From the sequence record NC_055780.1: a DNA stretch of 64,000 bases; one strand, given 5' to 3'. The notes beneath the pieces are model-generated. The model did no database searches. It was not told the origin of the DNA and saw only the letters and a list, made by a program, of their open reading frames with translations. The translations under genes and the position numbers were made by a program. Source of the stretch: Escherichia phage MLF4. Below, piece after piece: positions 15,193 to 25,199 of this stretch (positions within the stretch are counted from its first letter, which is position 1; every line of letters begins with the position of its first letter).

Positions 15193-15486
15193 CTATTTAA
15201 TGAATACTTTAGATGATGCCTGAGCCACAGTATCACCACATGATATTGAATCAGCCATTTGAACAGCTTTCTTTCCTGTGACATATACCTTAGAAGTTCT
15301 AGGTTGTGTCACTCCGCCATGTGTTTCATATGGCTTTTTGATTTCTGTATGTTCTGTAATTGGATCGCCTGCTATTAGAACAGCAATTCCTCCAGTGAAT
15401 ACTTTACTTTGTGTAGCATTCACAACTGTTGGAGGCCATGCTTCATGACCAGCAGTAACACATTTATCATAACTTAATCCTGACAT
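15193..15486 (-). CDS. 5.4: PAAR-repeat spike tip protein gp5.4 (97 aa)
   Basis: 97-aa ORF downstream of gene 5; small beta-rich protein with Cys/His (…AGHEAWPP…ISCGDTV…) as in PAAR tips. Confidence 0.8.
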   Translation of the reverse strand: MSGLSYDKCVTAGHEAWPPTVVNATQSKVFTGGIAVLIAGDPITEHTEIKKPYETHGGVTQPRTSKVYVTGKKAVQMADSISCGDTVAQASSKVFIK

Positions 15487-16044
15487 CTATGGCCTCTCAT
15501 ACACATAGCTTCTTAATTTATTAGCCCAACGACTCCAATTTCCAACTATAGTTTTAGTATAATTTTTAACTAGAGTTTTTCTTACTGGAGCAGGAGGATC
15601 TGTCGGTTCAGTAGTATCAGAAGATGACCTAGAATTACTGCCAGAACCTCCAGATTCACTTTGTTCTTGGTAGTCATATATTAATGTTACTTCGTAAGTG
15701 AATGTCTTCTGGAGATTTTGAGGAGCTTTCCACAAATACAACTGAGTGTCAGAATCAGTAGGAAGTTCTTCCCATGAAGCAGCAGTTTTAAATTCATCAC
15801 CTAAACGATATTTCAACGCGTCATTTCCGAAACCAAATACAGATTCATATGTTCCGTATAAGCGACTTTCTTCTACTAAAACCCCAGGAGTTTCTTCGTA
15901 ACTAGTTATATTTATAGATACTAACGTTTCACCTGTTTCTAATTGAGCGGTAAAGGTGACGTCGATAGAAGAACCTTCCATGGATTCTCCTAAATCAGCG
16001 CTCATTGGAAGTATATTAGCCAATGTCAATCCTCGATCCATCAA
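15487..16044 (-). CDS. 5.1: gp5.1-like protein (185 aa)
   Basis: ORF between gene 5 and 5.4, as in T4; function unknown. Confidence 0.65.
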   Translation of the reverse strand: MMDRGLTLANILPMSADLGESMEGSSIDVTFTAQLETGETLVSINITSYEETPGVLVEESRLYGTYESVFGFGNDALKYRLGDEFKTAASWEELPTDSDTQLYLWKAPQNLQKTFTYEVTLIYDYQEQSESGGSGSNSRSSSDTTEPTDPPAPVRKTLVKNYTKTIVGNWSRWANKLRSYVYERP

Positions 16045-17743
16045 TTGTGTATTGACCAGATGAAATAGAACTCATAGATGCCATTTTTTCTGTCCAATCA
16101 CCACCAACGTCCCAATCAACTGTCCCAGCAACTTTCCAAGAAAGATTTCCATTTACTGTATTAGTCTGATTTCCTTCAACTAAAGTAGTAGCATCTCCTT
16201 TAACTGTAATGTCAGCATTACCTTCAACTACAATAGTAACATTACCTTTAACTAGGATAGTTCCATTACCTTCAACCGTCTTAGTTTCATCGCCACGTAC
16301 AAATATTGTATTGCTTCCATCTATTTGGTGAAGACGATTATCCATGTTGTAATAAATTTCTGATCCACCGACGTTAGTCTTTTTATCGCCGGCTACCAAA
16401 AAATTACCATCAGCGTTGGTTATATCATACAAATTATCAACAGTTTTTCTTGTTCTTCTCCCTGACGGTGATACTTCTTCATAAGTTCCAGTTGGATGAA
16501 CTAATCTATATCGTTCTTGCCCAGGGGTATCATCAAATTCCTGAATATGTCCACTTTCAGTTTCCATTGTATGCACATAAGGATATTCGCCTTTATATGA
16601 AGAAACTGGTTCTTTGAATAAAATTCTTGAGTCATTTGGAATAGGAGGGTCAGCTGGATCAGAAGACTTCGCCACAGTAGCAGCCATTGCCGACAAAGAC
16701 CTAGCTGGAGTTTTCACTTCAACACCATATGATTCCAAATTCCCCGTAAGAATAATCATGGTAACACGGGATGCACGGCCCTTTGTTTGTTGATACCACA
16801 ATGAATCACGACCGGCTTTATATGCTTTTTCCCAATCTCCTGCTAACATAGCAGTTAACATTGTGTTAAATTTAGCTACACCGCCAACACCCATCTGAAA
16901 TGCCATATTTTCTAATGCCATTTGACGAGAACGGTTGACAGCTTGCCAGACTGGTCCTACTTTAGAATGTGATTTAATGTCACGTTGCATATCAGCCAAA
17001 TCGCGTTCAAATAAAGTTACCGCTTCTTCCATTGTAATAGAACCTGGATTTCCGGTAATTTCACGACCAACTTGTTTTGATAAAACTTTATTAATTTGGG
17101 TCATATCACGAACTGGCTGCTTCATGATAAGATGACCAATACCAATTGTCGGATATCCTTCTGTATCCCAATAAACTTTTAGTCTTAATCCTTCATCGCG
17201 GCGAAGCATTTCAGCCATTGACATATTTGGATTATCATCAGTTGGAATCTCTGATAGTGGTCTATCATCGGGATTTATTGCGGTGTCTAAGTTACTATCT
17301 TGGATAACGTTAGAAGACGAATCATATCCTACTTCTCCGCCTTGGTTTAGTACGTTAGTATCATTTCCTAAACGTCTAGGATATTGCCCAGTCGGGTCAG
17401 AAAATCCTTCAAGTCTATTCGGTTTTTCGCGAACTATTCCACCATACGTGCCAAGAACAATTCCGTTAGTTTTCCATTTGTCCAAAAAATGACCATAAAC
17501 TCTAGTTCCTTCTACCGGTCCGGTAACGGAACCTCCAATTCCAGACATAGCTGCCGAAGTTATAGGCTGAATAACTGACATCCATGGCAATTTTTCAGTT
17601 GGAATACCCATTACATCACCTTGTGCTCTTTGTGGTGGATGCAGACCAACCACACGAACACGAACACGACCTAATTTTAATGGGTCCATTCTATCTTCAA
17701 CAACACCAACAAACCAATTAAGGTTATTACTTATCATTTCCAT
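16016..17743 (-). CDS. 5: baseplate hub / cell-puncturing device with lysozyme domain gp5 (575 aa)
   Basis: Length equals T4 gp5; internal lysozyme motif MAEMLRRDEGLRLKVYWDTEGYPTIGIGHL; C-terminal VxGxxxxxxG beta-helix repeats. Confidence 0.95.
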   Translation of the reverse strand: MEMISNNLNWFVGVVEDRMDPLKLGRVRVRVVGLHPPQRAQGDVMGIPTEKLPWMSVIQPITSAAMSGIGGSVTGPVEGTRVYGHFLDKWKTNGIVLGTYGGIVREKPNRLEGFSDPTGQYPRRLGNDTNVLNQGGEVGYDSSSNVIQDSNLDTAINPDDRPLSEIPTDDNPNMSMAEMLRRDEGLRLKVYWDTEGYPTIGIGHLIMKQPVRDMTQINKVLSKQVGREITGNPGSITMEEAVTLFERDLADMQRDIKSHSKVGPVWQAVNRSRQMALENMAFQMGVGGVAKFNTMLTAMLAGDWEKAYKAGRDSLWYQQTKGRASRVTMIILTGNLESYGVEVKTPARSLSAMAATVAKSSDPADPPIPNDSRILFKEPVSSYKGEYPYVHTMETESGHIQEFDDTPGQERYRLVHPTGTYEEVSPSGRRTRKTVDNLYDITNADGNFLVAGDKKTNVGGSEIYYNMDNRLHQIDGSNTIFVRGDETKTVEGNGTILVKGNVTIVVEGNADITVKGDATTLVEGNQTNTVNGNLSWKVAGTVDWDVGGDWTEKMASMSSISSGQYTIDGSRIDIG

Positions 17744-18317
17744 AAGATTTCTCCATTATACGTATAAGGTCGTTCATAAATGAATTGATGTCTGATTTTG
17801 CTATTATTTTTATTTGACGAAGTTTTTCATTTTCAAGAACAGCAGCTTCATACGTATTAACAGCAGCAAGTGCTCCTTCATATTGAGGATATTTTCTAGC
17901 TTTATCACCTTTGTCATACCAAACATATGGATTATCATCGTATGATACTAAATTATAAAATTTTTCACCGTTCTCATTTACATGATATACTATTTGGTCT
18001 CCACCTACGTTTTTGTATTTTTGTATAGATGCTTGATAAGCAGCTTCTTGTGAAGTAATCCATCCATAATATGGATCATAATTATCATTACACATCAATA
18101 AAACCCAATACAACTGTGGATTTCCATATATAGTATTTGCTAATTCTTCCGGGCGTGGTGAACCTTTAATATAATAAGTACGTAAGCGGTATCCCGCAAG
18201 AGCACGTTTGAAATAGTCTTTATAGTTTCTAAAAATATCTGTCATAGGAATAGTCGGCGCGTTTTTATTCACCGTTTTGGCCGCATATTCAATCGGATCA
18301 AAAAATGTAAAGAGCAT
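17727..18317 (-). CDS. 53: baseplate wedge gp53 (196 aa)
   Basis: Length identical to T4 gp53; upstream of gene 5; late promoter upstream. Confidence 0.85.
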   Translation of the reverse strand: MLFTFFDPIEYAAKTVNKNAPTIPMTDIFRNYKDYFKRALAGYRLRTYYIKGSPRPEELANTIYGNPQLYWVLLMCNDNYDPYYGWITSQEAAYQASIQKYKNVGGDQIVYHVNENGEKFYNLVSYDDNPYVWYDKGDKARKYPQYEGALAAVNTYEAAVLENEKLRQIKIIAKSDINSFMNDLIRIMEKSYGNDK

Positions 18318-18330
18318 GGGCCCTCCTGTT

Positions 18331-18338
18331 TATAAATA
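18331..18338 (+). promoter_or_regulatory. T4 late promoter TATAAATA for gene 4
   Basis: TATAAATA 27 nt upstream of gene 4 ATG, followed by AAGGAG RBS. Confidence 0.65.
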
Positions 18339-18345
18339 TATTATC

Positions 18346-18353
18346 TATTTATA
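18346..18353 (-). promoter_or_regulatory. T4 late promoter TATAAATA for gene 53
   Basis: Minus-strand TATAAATA about 30 nt upstream of gene 53 ATG; divergent from gene 4 late promoter. Confidence 0.65.
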
Positions 18354-18364
18354 AGGAGAATCCA

Positions 18365-18817
18365 ATGGCATATTCTGGAAAATGGGTTCCTAAAAATATA
18401 TCAAAATATAGAGGTGACCCTAAAAAAATTACGTATAGATCAAATTGGGAAAAATTCTTTTTTGAATGGTTAGATAAAAATCCAGAAATTATTGCATGGG
18501 GTAGTGAAACAGCAGTAATTCCTTATTTTTGTAATGCAGAAGGGAAAAAACGTAGATACTTCATGGATATTTGGATGAAAGATTCTTCTGGACAAGAATT
18601 TTTTATTGAAATAAAACCTAAAAAAGAAACACAACCACCAGTTAAACCAGCACATCTAACAACTGCAGCGAAGAAAAGATTTATGAATGAAATTTATACC
18701 TGGTCTGTGAACGCTGACAAATGGAAAGCAGCACAATCTTTAGCTGAAAAGCGTGGAATAAAATTTAGAATTCTAACAGAAGATGGATTACGAGCTCTTG
18801 GCTTTAAGGGGGCATAA
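18365..18817 (+). CDS. 4: head completion protein gp4 (150 aa)
   Basis: Length identical to T4 gp4; divergent from gene 53; late promoter plus AAGGAG RBS. Confidence 0.8.
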
Positions 18818-19641
18818 TGGCTATTTTTCAAATAATTAATGAAAGCACTCCCCAAGTTCCAAAGGTTAAGCAATCATTAAACGAAAAGAAATGGATTCAG
18901 ATAGGTCTTGAATATAAAAAGGCCAAAGCAAAAGGAATGACAGGAAAGCAATTTGCTGAAGAAAGAGGAATCAAATACTCTACGTTTACTTCGGCAATGT
19001 CAAAATATGCTTCAGGAATTAAAACAGCTGAAAAGATTCAAAAGCTTGAATCAAAACCAATGAATAAGCTCAATAAGCAAGAAAGACAACTGCTTATGAT
19101 AAATTCATTCAGACAAACATTGCGTGATAAAATTCGTAATGAAGGCGCAGCAATTAATAATAAAACCAGAAAATGGTTTGCTGAAACTATTAAGCAAGTA
19201 AAAGGACATAAAGTTGTTCGCCCGCAGCCGGGACGAATATATGCTTTTGCTTATGATGCTAAACACAAGGAAACTCTTCCTTACTGGGATAAATTTCCTT
19301 TGATAATTTACCTTGGTTTAGGTAAGCATAATTTAATGTACGGATTAAACTTGCACTATATTCCACCTAAAGCTCGTCAGCAATTTCTAGAAGAGCTTTT
19401 AAAGCAATATGCAAATACACCTACTATTACTAATAAAACGAAATTAAAAATTGATTGGAGTCAAGTGAAAGGATTTAGGGGTGCAGACCAAATGATTAAG
19501 GCATATATACCCGGTAATATTATGGGTAGCCTTGTTGAAATCGCCCCGAAAGACTGGGCGAACGTTGTGTTGATGCCACTTCAGCAGTTCGTTTCAAAAG
19601 GAAAACGTTTCTCTGCAAACAAAGTCTGGTCAAATATCTAA
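18817..19641 (+). CDS. 2: DNA end protector gp2 (274 aa)
   Basis: Length identical to T4 gp2; TAATG overlap with gene 4; synteny. Confidence 0.8.
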
Positions 19642-19747
19642 TTCTATTATCTTCCATTCTTTTCTGTTGTTTGTTCTAAATGGAATTGAATGGAAGGGAC
19701 TTAGACCCATTATACCACCAACAGTTATAAAGCATTATGAGGAATAT

Positions 19748-20278
19748 ATGTCGCAAGCTCTGCAACAAATTTTTAACCAAGCAAATACAACTAACTTTGT
19801 AGTATCAATACCACATAGTAATACTACATCTGCTTTTACTTTAAATGCTCAGTCAGTTCCTATTCCAGGAATTAGAATACCTGTTACTGATACCGTGACT
19901 GGGCCGTTTGGACTGGGCCGAGCACAACGTCCAGGTGTTACATTTGAGTATGATCCACTCATTGTGAGATTTATAGTTGATGAAGAACTTAAGTCATGGA
20001 TAGGAATGTATGAATGGATGCTAGGAACTAGCAACTATCTTACAGGTGAAAATACTGCCCAAAAAACAGGTCCTGAGTACATTACGCTTTACATCTTAGA
20101 TAATAGCAAAACTGAAATCGTGATGTCAATAAATTTTTATAAGCCTTGGGTTTCTGACCTATCTGAAGTAGAATTTAGCTATACGGAAGATTCAGACCCG
20201 GCTTTAGTATGTACTGCAACGATTCCTTACACCTATTTTCAAGTAGAAAAAGATGGAAAAATTATAGCAGAAGTTTAA
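19748..20278 (+). CDS. 3: tail completion / sheath stabiliser gp3 (176 aa from MSQALQQIF)
   Basis: Start trimmed to ATG at 19748 with GAGGAA RBS; 176 aa equals T4 gp3. Confidence 0.75.
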   Translation: MSQALQQIFNQANTTNFVVSIPHSNTTSAFTLNAQSVPIPGIRIPVTDTVTGPFGLGRAQRPGVTFEYDPLIVRFIVDEELKSWIGMYEWMLGTSNYLTGENTAQKTGPEYITLYILDNSKTEIVMSINFYKPWVSDLSEVEFSYTEDSDPALVCTATIPYTYFQVEKDGKIIAEV

Positions 20279-20302
20279 TGCTTCAGTTTTGTGTGTTATA
20301 AT
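20279..20302 (+). promoter_or_regulatory. T4 middle promoter (MotA box TGCTTCA plus -10 TATAAT) for gene 1
   Basis: TGCTTCA at 20279-20285, 11-nt spacer, TATAAT at 20297-20302. Confidence 0.6.
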
Positions 20303-20327
20303 CTTAATTAAATTTGAGGAGAAACAC

Positions 20328-21052
20328 ATGAAACTAATCTTTTTAAGCGGTGTAAAGCGTAGTGGAAAAGATACTACTGCTGATTTTATCATGAGCAATT
20401 ATTCTGCAGTTAAATACCAACTTGCTGGTCCTATTAAGGATGCATTGGCTTATGCATGGGGAGTATTTGCAGCAAACACTGGCTATCCTTGCTTAACTCG
20501 TAAAGAGTTTGAAGGAATTGACTATGATCGTGAGACTAATTTAAATCTGACTAAATTAGAAGTAATCACGATTATGGAACAAGCATTTTGCTATCTTAAT
20601 GGTAAAAGCCCAATTAAGGGTGTGTTTGTTTTTGATGACGAAGGACAAGAATCAGTTAATTCCGTAGCATTTAACAAGATTATTGACGTTATAAATAATA
20701 TTGAAGATCAATGGTCAGTCCGTCGTCTGATGCAAGCCCTAGGTACGGATTTGATTGTTAATAACTTCGACCGCATGTACTGGGTAAAATTATTTGCTTT
20801 AGATTATCTTGATAAATTTAACTCAGGTTATGATTATTATATCGTTCCTGATACCCGTCAAGATCATGAAATGGATGCGGCTAGGGCGATGGGTGCTACA
20901 GTAATTCATGTAGTTCGTCCTGGTCAAAAATCCAATGATACACATATTACAGAAGCTGGATTGCCAATTCGTGATGGTGATTTAGTAATTACAAACGATG
21001 GTTCTCTTGAAGAACTTTTTTCTAAAATTAAAAATACACTAAAGGTACTATA

Positions 21053-21053
<1 letters not shown>
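20328..21053 (+). CDS. 1: deoxynucleoside monophosphate kinase (241 aa)
   Basis: MKLIFLSGVKRSGKDTTADFIMSNY P-loop N-terminus as in T4 gp1; start trimmed to ATG with GAGGAG RBS. Confidence 0.95.
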
Positions 21054-21796
<743 letters not shown>

Positions 21797-21823
21797 TCAT
21801 CAAAATTAATTAGGAAAAATAAA

Positions 21824-22054
21824 ATGAAAACTTATAAAGAGTTTGCTACAGAAACTATTATCACTGAATCTTCTCATGGTATGGAAGTAAAGCTTGGAAT
21901 GGCTTTAGCTGAAGCTGAGCGTCTTTTCTCTCGTATTAAAGAACTTGCTGCTGCAGTCGATCCTTCGTCTTTTAAAGGAGACCAAACTAAAGTTAAAGCA
22001 CTTTTAGCATTATGCTCTGACGCAGGAGAAATCGCTAAAATGGTTCTAAGATGA
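21824..22054 (+). CDS. internal-protein-like head protein with capsid targeting sequence (76 aa)
   Basis: N-terminus MKTYKEFATE matches T4 internal protein CTS (MKTYQEFIAE); sits where ipI lies in T4. Confidence 0.7.
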   Translation: MKTYKEFATETIITESSHGMEVKLGMALAEAERLFSRIKELAAAVDPSSFKGDQTKVKALLALCSDAGEIAKMVLR

Positions 22055-22064
22055 AGAAACGATT

Positions 22065-22126
22065 AGAAGATTTAAAATAATTTCACAAAGTTGTTTACAC
22101 GGGGTTTTAGTAGTGATACTATTACC
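22065..22126 (+). repeat. direct repeat copy 2 (57B 3'-end footprint + early promoter)
   Basis: Near-identical to 21735-21796; includes remnant coding …EDLK-stop mirroring 57B …DDLK-stop. Confidence 0.85.
22093..22122 (+). promoter_or_regulatory. T4-type early promoter (duplicate)
   Basis: GTTTAC at 22093-22098 plus TGATACTAT; copy of promoter at 21763. Confidence 0.6.
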
Positions 22127-22150
22127 CTATCAACTACTGAGGAGAATAAA

Positions 22151-22336
22151 ATGAAACGTTGTGAATTAATTCGAAATGTTGCTATTGCAATTTCTGCTTC
22201 CGCTTTTAGTTTTTCAATGTTTGTTGGATTTATATGCGGATTATTAACTACAGCAGAAAATGTATTTTCACTTGTAGTAGCATTTTTAATTGGTTTAATT
22301 GCTATCGTTATGGATAAAATTTCTAAAGGTGAGTAA
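22151..22336 (+). CDS. small hydrophobic membrane protein (61 aa)
   Basis: Start at ATG 22151 with GGAGAA RBS; highly hydrophobic FSFSMFVGFICGLLTTAENVFSLVVAFLIGLIAIV. Confidence 0.55.
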   Translation: MKRCELIRNVAIAISASAFSFSMFVGFICGLLTTAENVFSLVVAFLIGLIAIVMDKISKGE

Positions 22337-22337
22337 A

Positions 22338-22718
22338 ATGTATAAAGTATATGCAGATTATCAGGCTAATCCATCTGAAAAGCCAGATTGCCAAATTGGA
22401 TGGGCTCATGATACTTTGCTTGAAGCAGTAGATGCTGCTCAAAAATTAGGATATAAATATGTAGAGATTGTTCAACCGACAGGAAAAGTTATTACTCTTG
22501 AAGAGTTCAATAATATTAAACCGAACTTTTTACTTTTTGCAGGTGATAATTATTATCCTCGCGGTGGATATGCTGATTTAATCGCGAAAGCCGCTACCGA
22601 AGATGAACTTCGTGATATTATCAAAGAAAATGAAAACAAACCGATGTATGGTTCTAATCGCTTTGATTGGTGGCAAATTGTAAATGCCCACACTCATACT
22701 ATTGTTGATGAAGGGTAA
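22338..22718 (+). CDS. hypothetical protein (126 aa)
   Basis: ATG at 22338 with AAGGTGAG RBS; no recognised motif. Confidence 0.55.
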   Translation: MYKVYADYQANPSEKPDCQIGWAHDTLLEAVDAAQKLGYKYVEIVQPTGKVITLEEFNNIKPNFLLFAGDNYYPRGGYADLIAKAATEDELRDIIKENENKPMYGSNRFDWWQIVNAHTHTIVDEG

Positions 22719-22720
22719 TA

Positions 22721-23011
22721 ATGATTCTTTATGCTAAAGTATCGTCCATTGAAAATGGATATAAATATGATCAAGAAGCAGCTAAAGCCTTGATTGATGA
22801 TTATGGCATTTTAACATGTTTTGAAGTTGAAAAGGTTTACATTGACCGTTCATCTTCTCAGGTTAAATTAGTGAAGGAAGACCGTAAATTTAATACAGTA
22901 AATTTTGATTTCTTTATTGAAACAGAAAAAGGTCCTCTTGAATATGATATTTTCAAGAATCCTTTAAGTCTTGAATGTATTAAATATACTTATATTAATG
23001 CAGCGTGGTGA
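22721..23011 (+). CDS. hypothetical protein (96 aa)
   Basis: Tightly packed same-strand ORF; no recognised motif. Confidence 0.55.
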   Translation: MILYAKVSSIENGYKYDQEAAKALIDDYGILTCFEVEKVYIDRSSSQVKLVKEDRKFNTVNFDFFIETEKGPLEYDIFKNPLSLECIKYTYINAAW

Positions 23012-23013
23012 AA

Positions 23014-23526
23014 ATGAATATTTGTTTAGGTACTACAATTCCGCAGGGTTACGTAATTGATGTCACTACCTGGGAAAATGATGGTGACAACTATAAAACT
23101 AAAACGCTGTTTGGCGTAGAAGAGCATGAAATCTTACAGTTCCAATATCTTTTAAAGAAGTTTAAAAGCAGACATTCTAGTACTAAAGCTGAACGTTATT
23201 GTGGTAATGGCTTGTTCAGCGAGCAATCGCTTTTTATTTATGAATACTTGGTTGAAGGACTGTTCTCAGAACAACTTTATCCAGAATTCATTAAAAAGGT
23301 CTTTGATATAGAAGTTGACCTTGGTAATAAATCCGAAGAAGATGAAGAACGTGTATTTGACTTATTCTTTGTGAATGGTAATAAGATATTTGAAGGCCTT
23401 ATTGATATTCTTGGTCATGCTTCTGAATATTATGACTATGATTTCTTGCGTGTAGTTGAGAGTGTTAAATACTCTTATATAGAAGAAATTGTTTTGCCGA
23501 CCGTTAAAATGTTTAATTTGCTTTAA
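23014..23526 (+). CDS. hypothetical acidic protein (170 aa)
   Basis: ATG at 23014 preceded by GGTGAAA; no recognised motif. Confidence 0.55.
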   Translation: MNICLGTTIPQGYVIDVTTWENDGDNYKTKTLFGVEEHEILQFQYLLKKFKSRHSSTKAERYCGNGLFSEQSLFIYEYLVEGLFSEQLYPEFIKKVFDIEVDLGNKSEEDEERVFDLFFVNGNKIFEGLIDILGHASEYYDYDFLRVVESVKYSYIEEIVLPTVKMFNLL

Positions 23527-23625
23527 GAATTATTTGTTATTATTAACTCATACCGCACTGATTAATACCCTCTATCATCAAGGGTTCTTGCTAAAGAGCC
23601 TTTGTTAATAATTGGGAATCATATT

Positions 23626-24234
23626 ATGGATACTAAATTAGCTGAAATTTTTGAAGGAAAACATCCAAATTTTAGTACAGGAAAGCTGAAAGACAAAATA
23701 ATAAAAGAAAATATTTTTCCATATGAGTGTGCAATTTGTAAAATTTCAAAATGGCAAAATAAGCATATTGTTCTGCAATTAGACCATATTGATGGAAATA
23801 ACAAAAATCATCTTAAATCAAATTTAAGATTATTATGTCCAAACTGCCATTCGCAAACTGATACTTTTGCTGGTAAAAATATTAAAAATAATAAAAAGCG
23901 TTATAATGTTAGTGATGAAGAAATTTTAAACGCACTATTAAATTCGGCTACTATATCATCTGCAATTACTTCATTAGGTTTAAGTAAAGGCGGAAACTAT
24001 AAAAGATTCATTAAAATTGCTAATGATAATAAATTATATCATTTACTGGTAAATATTAATGAAAAGATTTTAACTGATGAAATTTACGAAGAATTAGTTA
24101 AAATCGATTATTCTAAATTTGGATGGGTTAGTAAAGCTGCTAAAATAATAGGTATAAGCCCACAAAAAGCTAGAAAATGGATAGAACGAAAGTGTCCAGA
24201 ATTGATAGAACAGTCTTTTTCACGTAATAAATAA
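23626..24234 (+). CDS. HNH homing endonuclease-like protein (about 202 aa)
   Basis: HNH core LQLDHIDGNNKNHLKSNLRLLCPNCHSQT; C-terminal helix-turn-helix-like region; ends 6 nt before tRNA-Leu. Confidence 0.8.
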   Translation: MDTKLAEIFEGKHPNFSTGKLKDKIIKENIFPYECAICKISKWQNKHIVLQLDHIDGNNKNHLKSNLRLLCPNCHSQTDTFAGKNIKNNKKRYNVSDEEILNALLNSATISSAITSLGLSKGGNYKRFIKIANDNKLYHLLVNINEKILTDEIYEELVKIDYSKFGWVSKAAKIIGISPQKARKWIERKCPELIEQSFSRNK

Positions 24235-24240
24235 TATAGC

Positions 24241-24327
24241 GCGAGAATGGTCAAATTGGTAAAGGCACAGCACTTAAAATGCTGCGGAATTATTTCCTTG
24301 TGGGTTCGAGTCCCACTTCTCGCACCA
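24241..24327 (+). tRNA. tRNA-Leu (anticodon TAA), class II
   Basis: Acceptor GCGAGAA/TTCTCGC, anticodon loop CTTAAAA, long variable arm, T-arm GTGGG-TTCGAGT-CCCAC, CCA encoded. Confidence 0.9.
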
Positions 24328-24332
24328 AATTT

Positions 24333-24406
<74 letters not shown>

Positions 24407-24416
24407 ATTTAATTTA

Positions 24417-24490
24417 CTCCGTGTAGCTCAGTTTGGTAGAGCGCCTGATTTGGGATCAGGAGGTCCAAGGTTCAAATCCTTGTATGGAGA
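24417..24490 (+). tRNA. tRNA-Pro (anticodon TGG), CCA not encoded
   Basis: Anticodon stem-loop CCTGA-TTTGGGA-TCAGG; T-arm CAAGG-TTCAAAT-CCTTG; acceptor with two G-U pairs. Confidence 0.85.
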
Positions 24491-24492
24491 CT

Positions 24493-24582
24493 GGAGGCGT
24501 GGCAGAGTGGTTGAATGCACCGGTCTTGAAAACCGGCAGTCGCTCCGGCGACTCATAGGTTCGAATCCTATCGCCTCCGCCA
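24493..24582 (+). tRNA. tRNA-Ser (anticodon TGA), class II
   Basis: Acceptor GGAGGCG/CGCCTCC, anticodon loop CTTGAAA, long variable arm, CCA encoded. Confidence 0.9.
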
Positions 24583-24587
24583 GTTTT

Positions 24588-24663
24588 GCTGATTTAGCTC
24601 AGTAGGTAGAGCACCTCACTTGTAATGAGGATGTCGGCGGTTCGATTCCGTCAATCAGCACCA
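24588..24663 (+). tRNA. tRNA-Thr (anticodon TGT)
   Basis: Acceptor GCTGATT/AATCAGC, anticodon loop CTTGTAA, T-loop TTCGATT, CCA encoded. Confidence 0.9.
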
Positions 24664-24664
24664 A

Positions 24665-24739
24665 GGCCCTGTAGCTGGAAGGTTCAAGCAAGCGACTCAT
24701 AATCGCCAGATGGTGGTTCAATTCCACCCAGGGCCACCA
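24665..24739 (+). tRNA. tRNA with anticodon CAT (Ile via lysidine, as in T4, or Met)
   Basis: Acceptor GGCCCTG/CAGGGCC, anticodon loop CTCATAA, T-arm GGTGG-TTCAATT-CCACC, CCA encoded. Confidence 0.8.
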
Positions 24740-24745
24740 AATTAA

Positions 24746-24832
24746 GGGGAGTTATCCCGTAGAGGTAGCGGTGTGGACTGTAAATTCATTGTCATTGCGA
24801 CTCGGGTGGTTCGACTCCATCACTCCCCACCA
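24746..24832 (+). tRNA. tRNA-Tyr (anticodon GTA), class II
   Basis: Acceptor GGGGAGT/ACTCCCC, anticodon loop CTGTAAA, long variable arm with GTC/GAC stem, T-arm GGTGG-TTCGACT-CCATC, CCA encoded. Confidence 0.75.
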
Positions 24833-24836
24833 ATTT

Positions 24837-24911
24837 GGATGTGTAGCTCAATGGCAGAGCGATCGCCTGTTAAGCGATTGGTTATAGGTTCGAATCCTAT
24901 CACGTCCGCCA
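24837..24911 (+). tRNA. tRNA-Asn (anticodon GTT)
   Basis: Acceptor GGATGTG/CACGTCC, D-arm TAGCTCAATGGCAGAGC, anticodon stem-loop ATCGC-CTGTTAA-GCGAT, T-loop TTCGAAT, CCA encoded. Confidence 0.8.
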
Positions 24912-25025
24912 AATTTGTGACAACTGTCACATTAATATCTACTTGACGCGATTATAGGGGTTGAACTGATCACTCTTCTCTTAATTTCGTGTGAAGACAT
25001 CATGATTGTTGGAGTAGGTATTAAT

Positions 25026-25101
25026 GTGGCCGTAGTTCAGTTGGTAGAACTCGAGATTGTGATTCTCGTAGTCATGGGTTCGACTCCCATCGGTCACCCC
25101 A
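25026..25101 (+). tRNA. tRNA-His (anticodon GTG)
   Basis: Acceptor GTGGCCG/CGGTCAC, anticodon stem-loop CGAGA-TTGTGAT-TCTCG, T-loop TTCGACT, CCA encoded. Confidence 0.8.
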
Positions 25102-25105
25102 ATTA

Positions 25106-25181
25106 CGGGGCATAGCTCAGAAGGAAGAGCAAGGACCTTCTAAGTCCTGGGTCGTAGGTTCGATCCCTACTGCCTCGACCA
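25106..25181 (+). tRNA. tRNA-Arg (anticodon TCT)
   Basis: Acceptor CGGGGCA/TGCCTCG, anticodon stem-loop AGGAC-CTTCTAA-GTCCT, T-loop TTCGATC, CCA encoded. Confidence 0.85.
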
Positions 25182-25199
25182 ATTATAAGTGAGGAAAAT

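Noticed and set aside
24912-25025. Palindrome TGTGACAACTGTCACA (24916-24931) and TTGACG/TATAGG promoter-like sequence between tRNA-Asn and tRNA-His
   Set aside because: Too weak to call; could be an RNA processing hairpin or an internal promoter of the tRNA operon but no consensus match was convincing.
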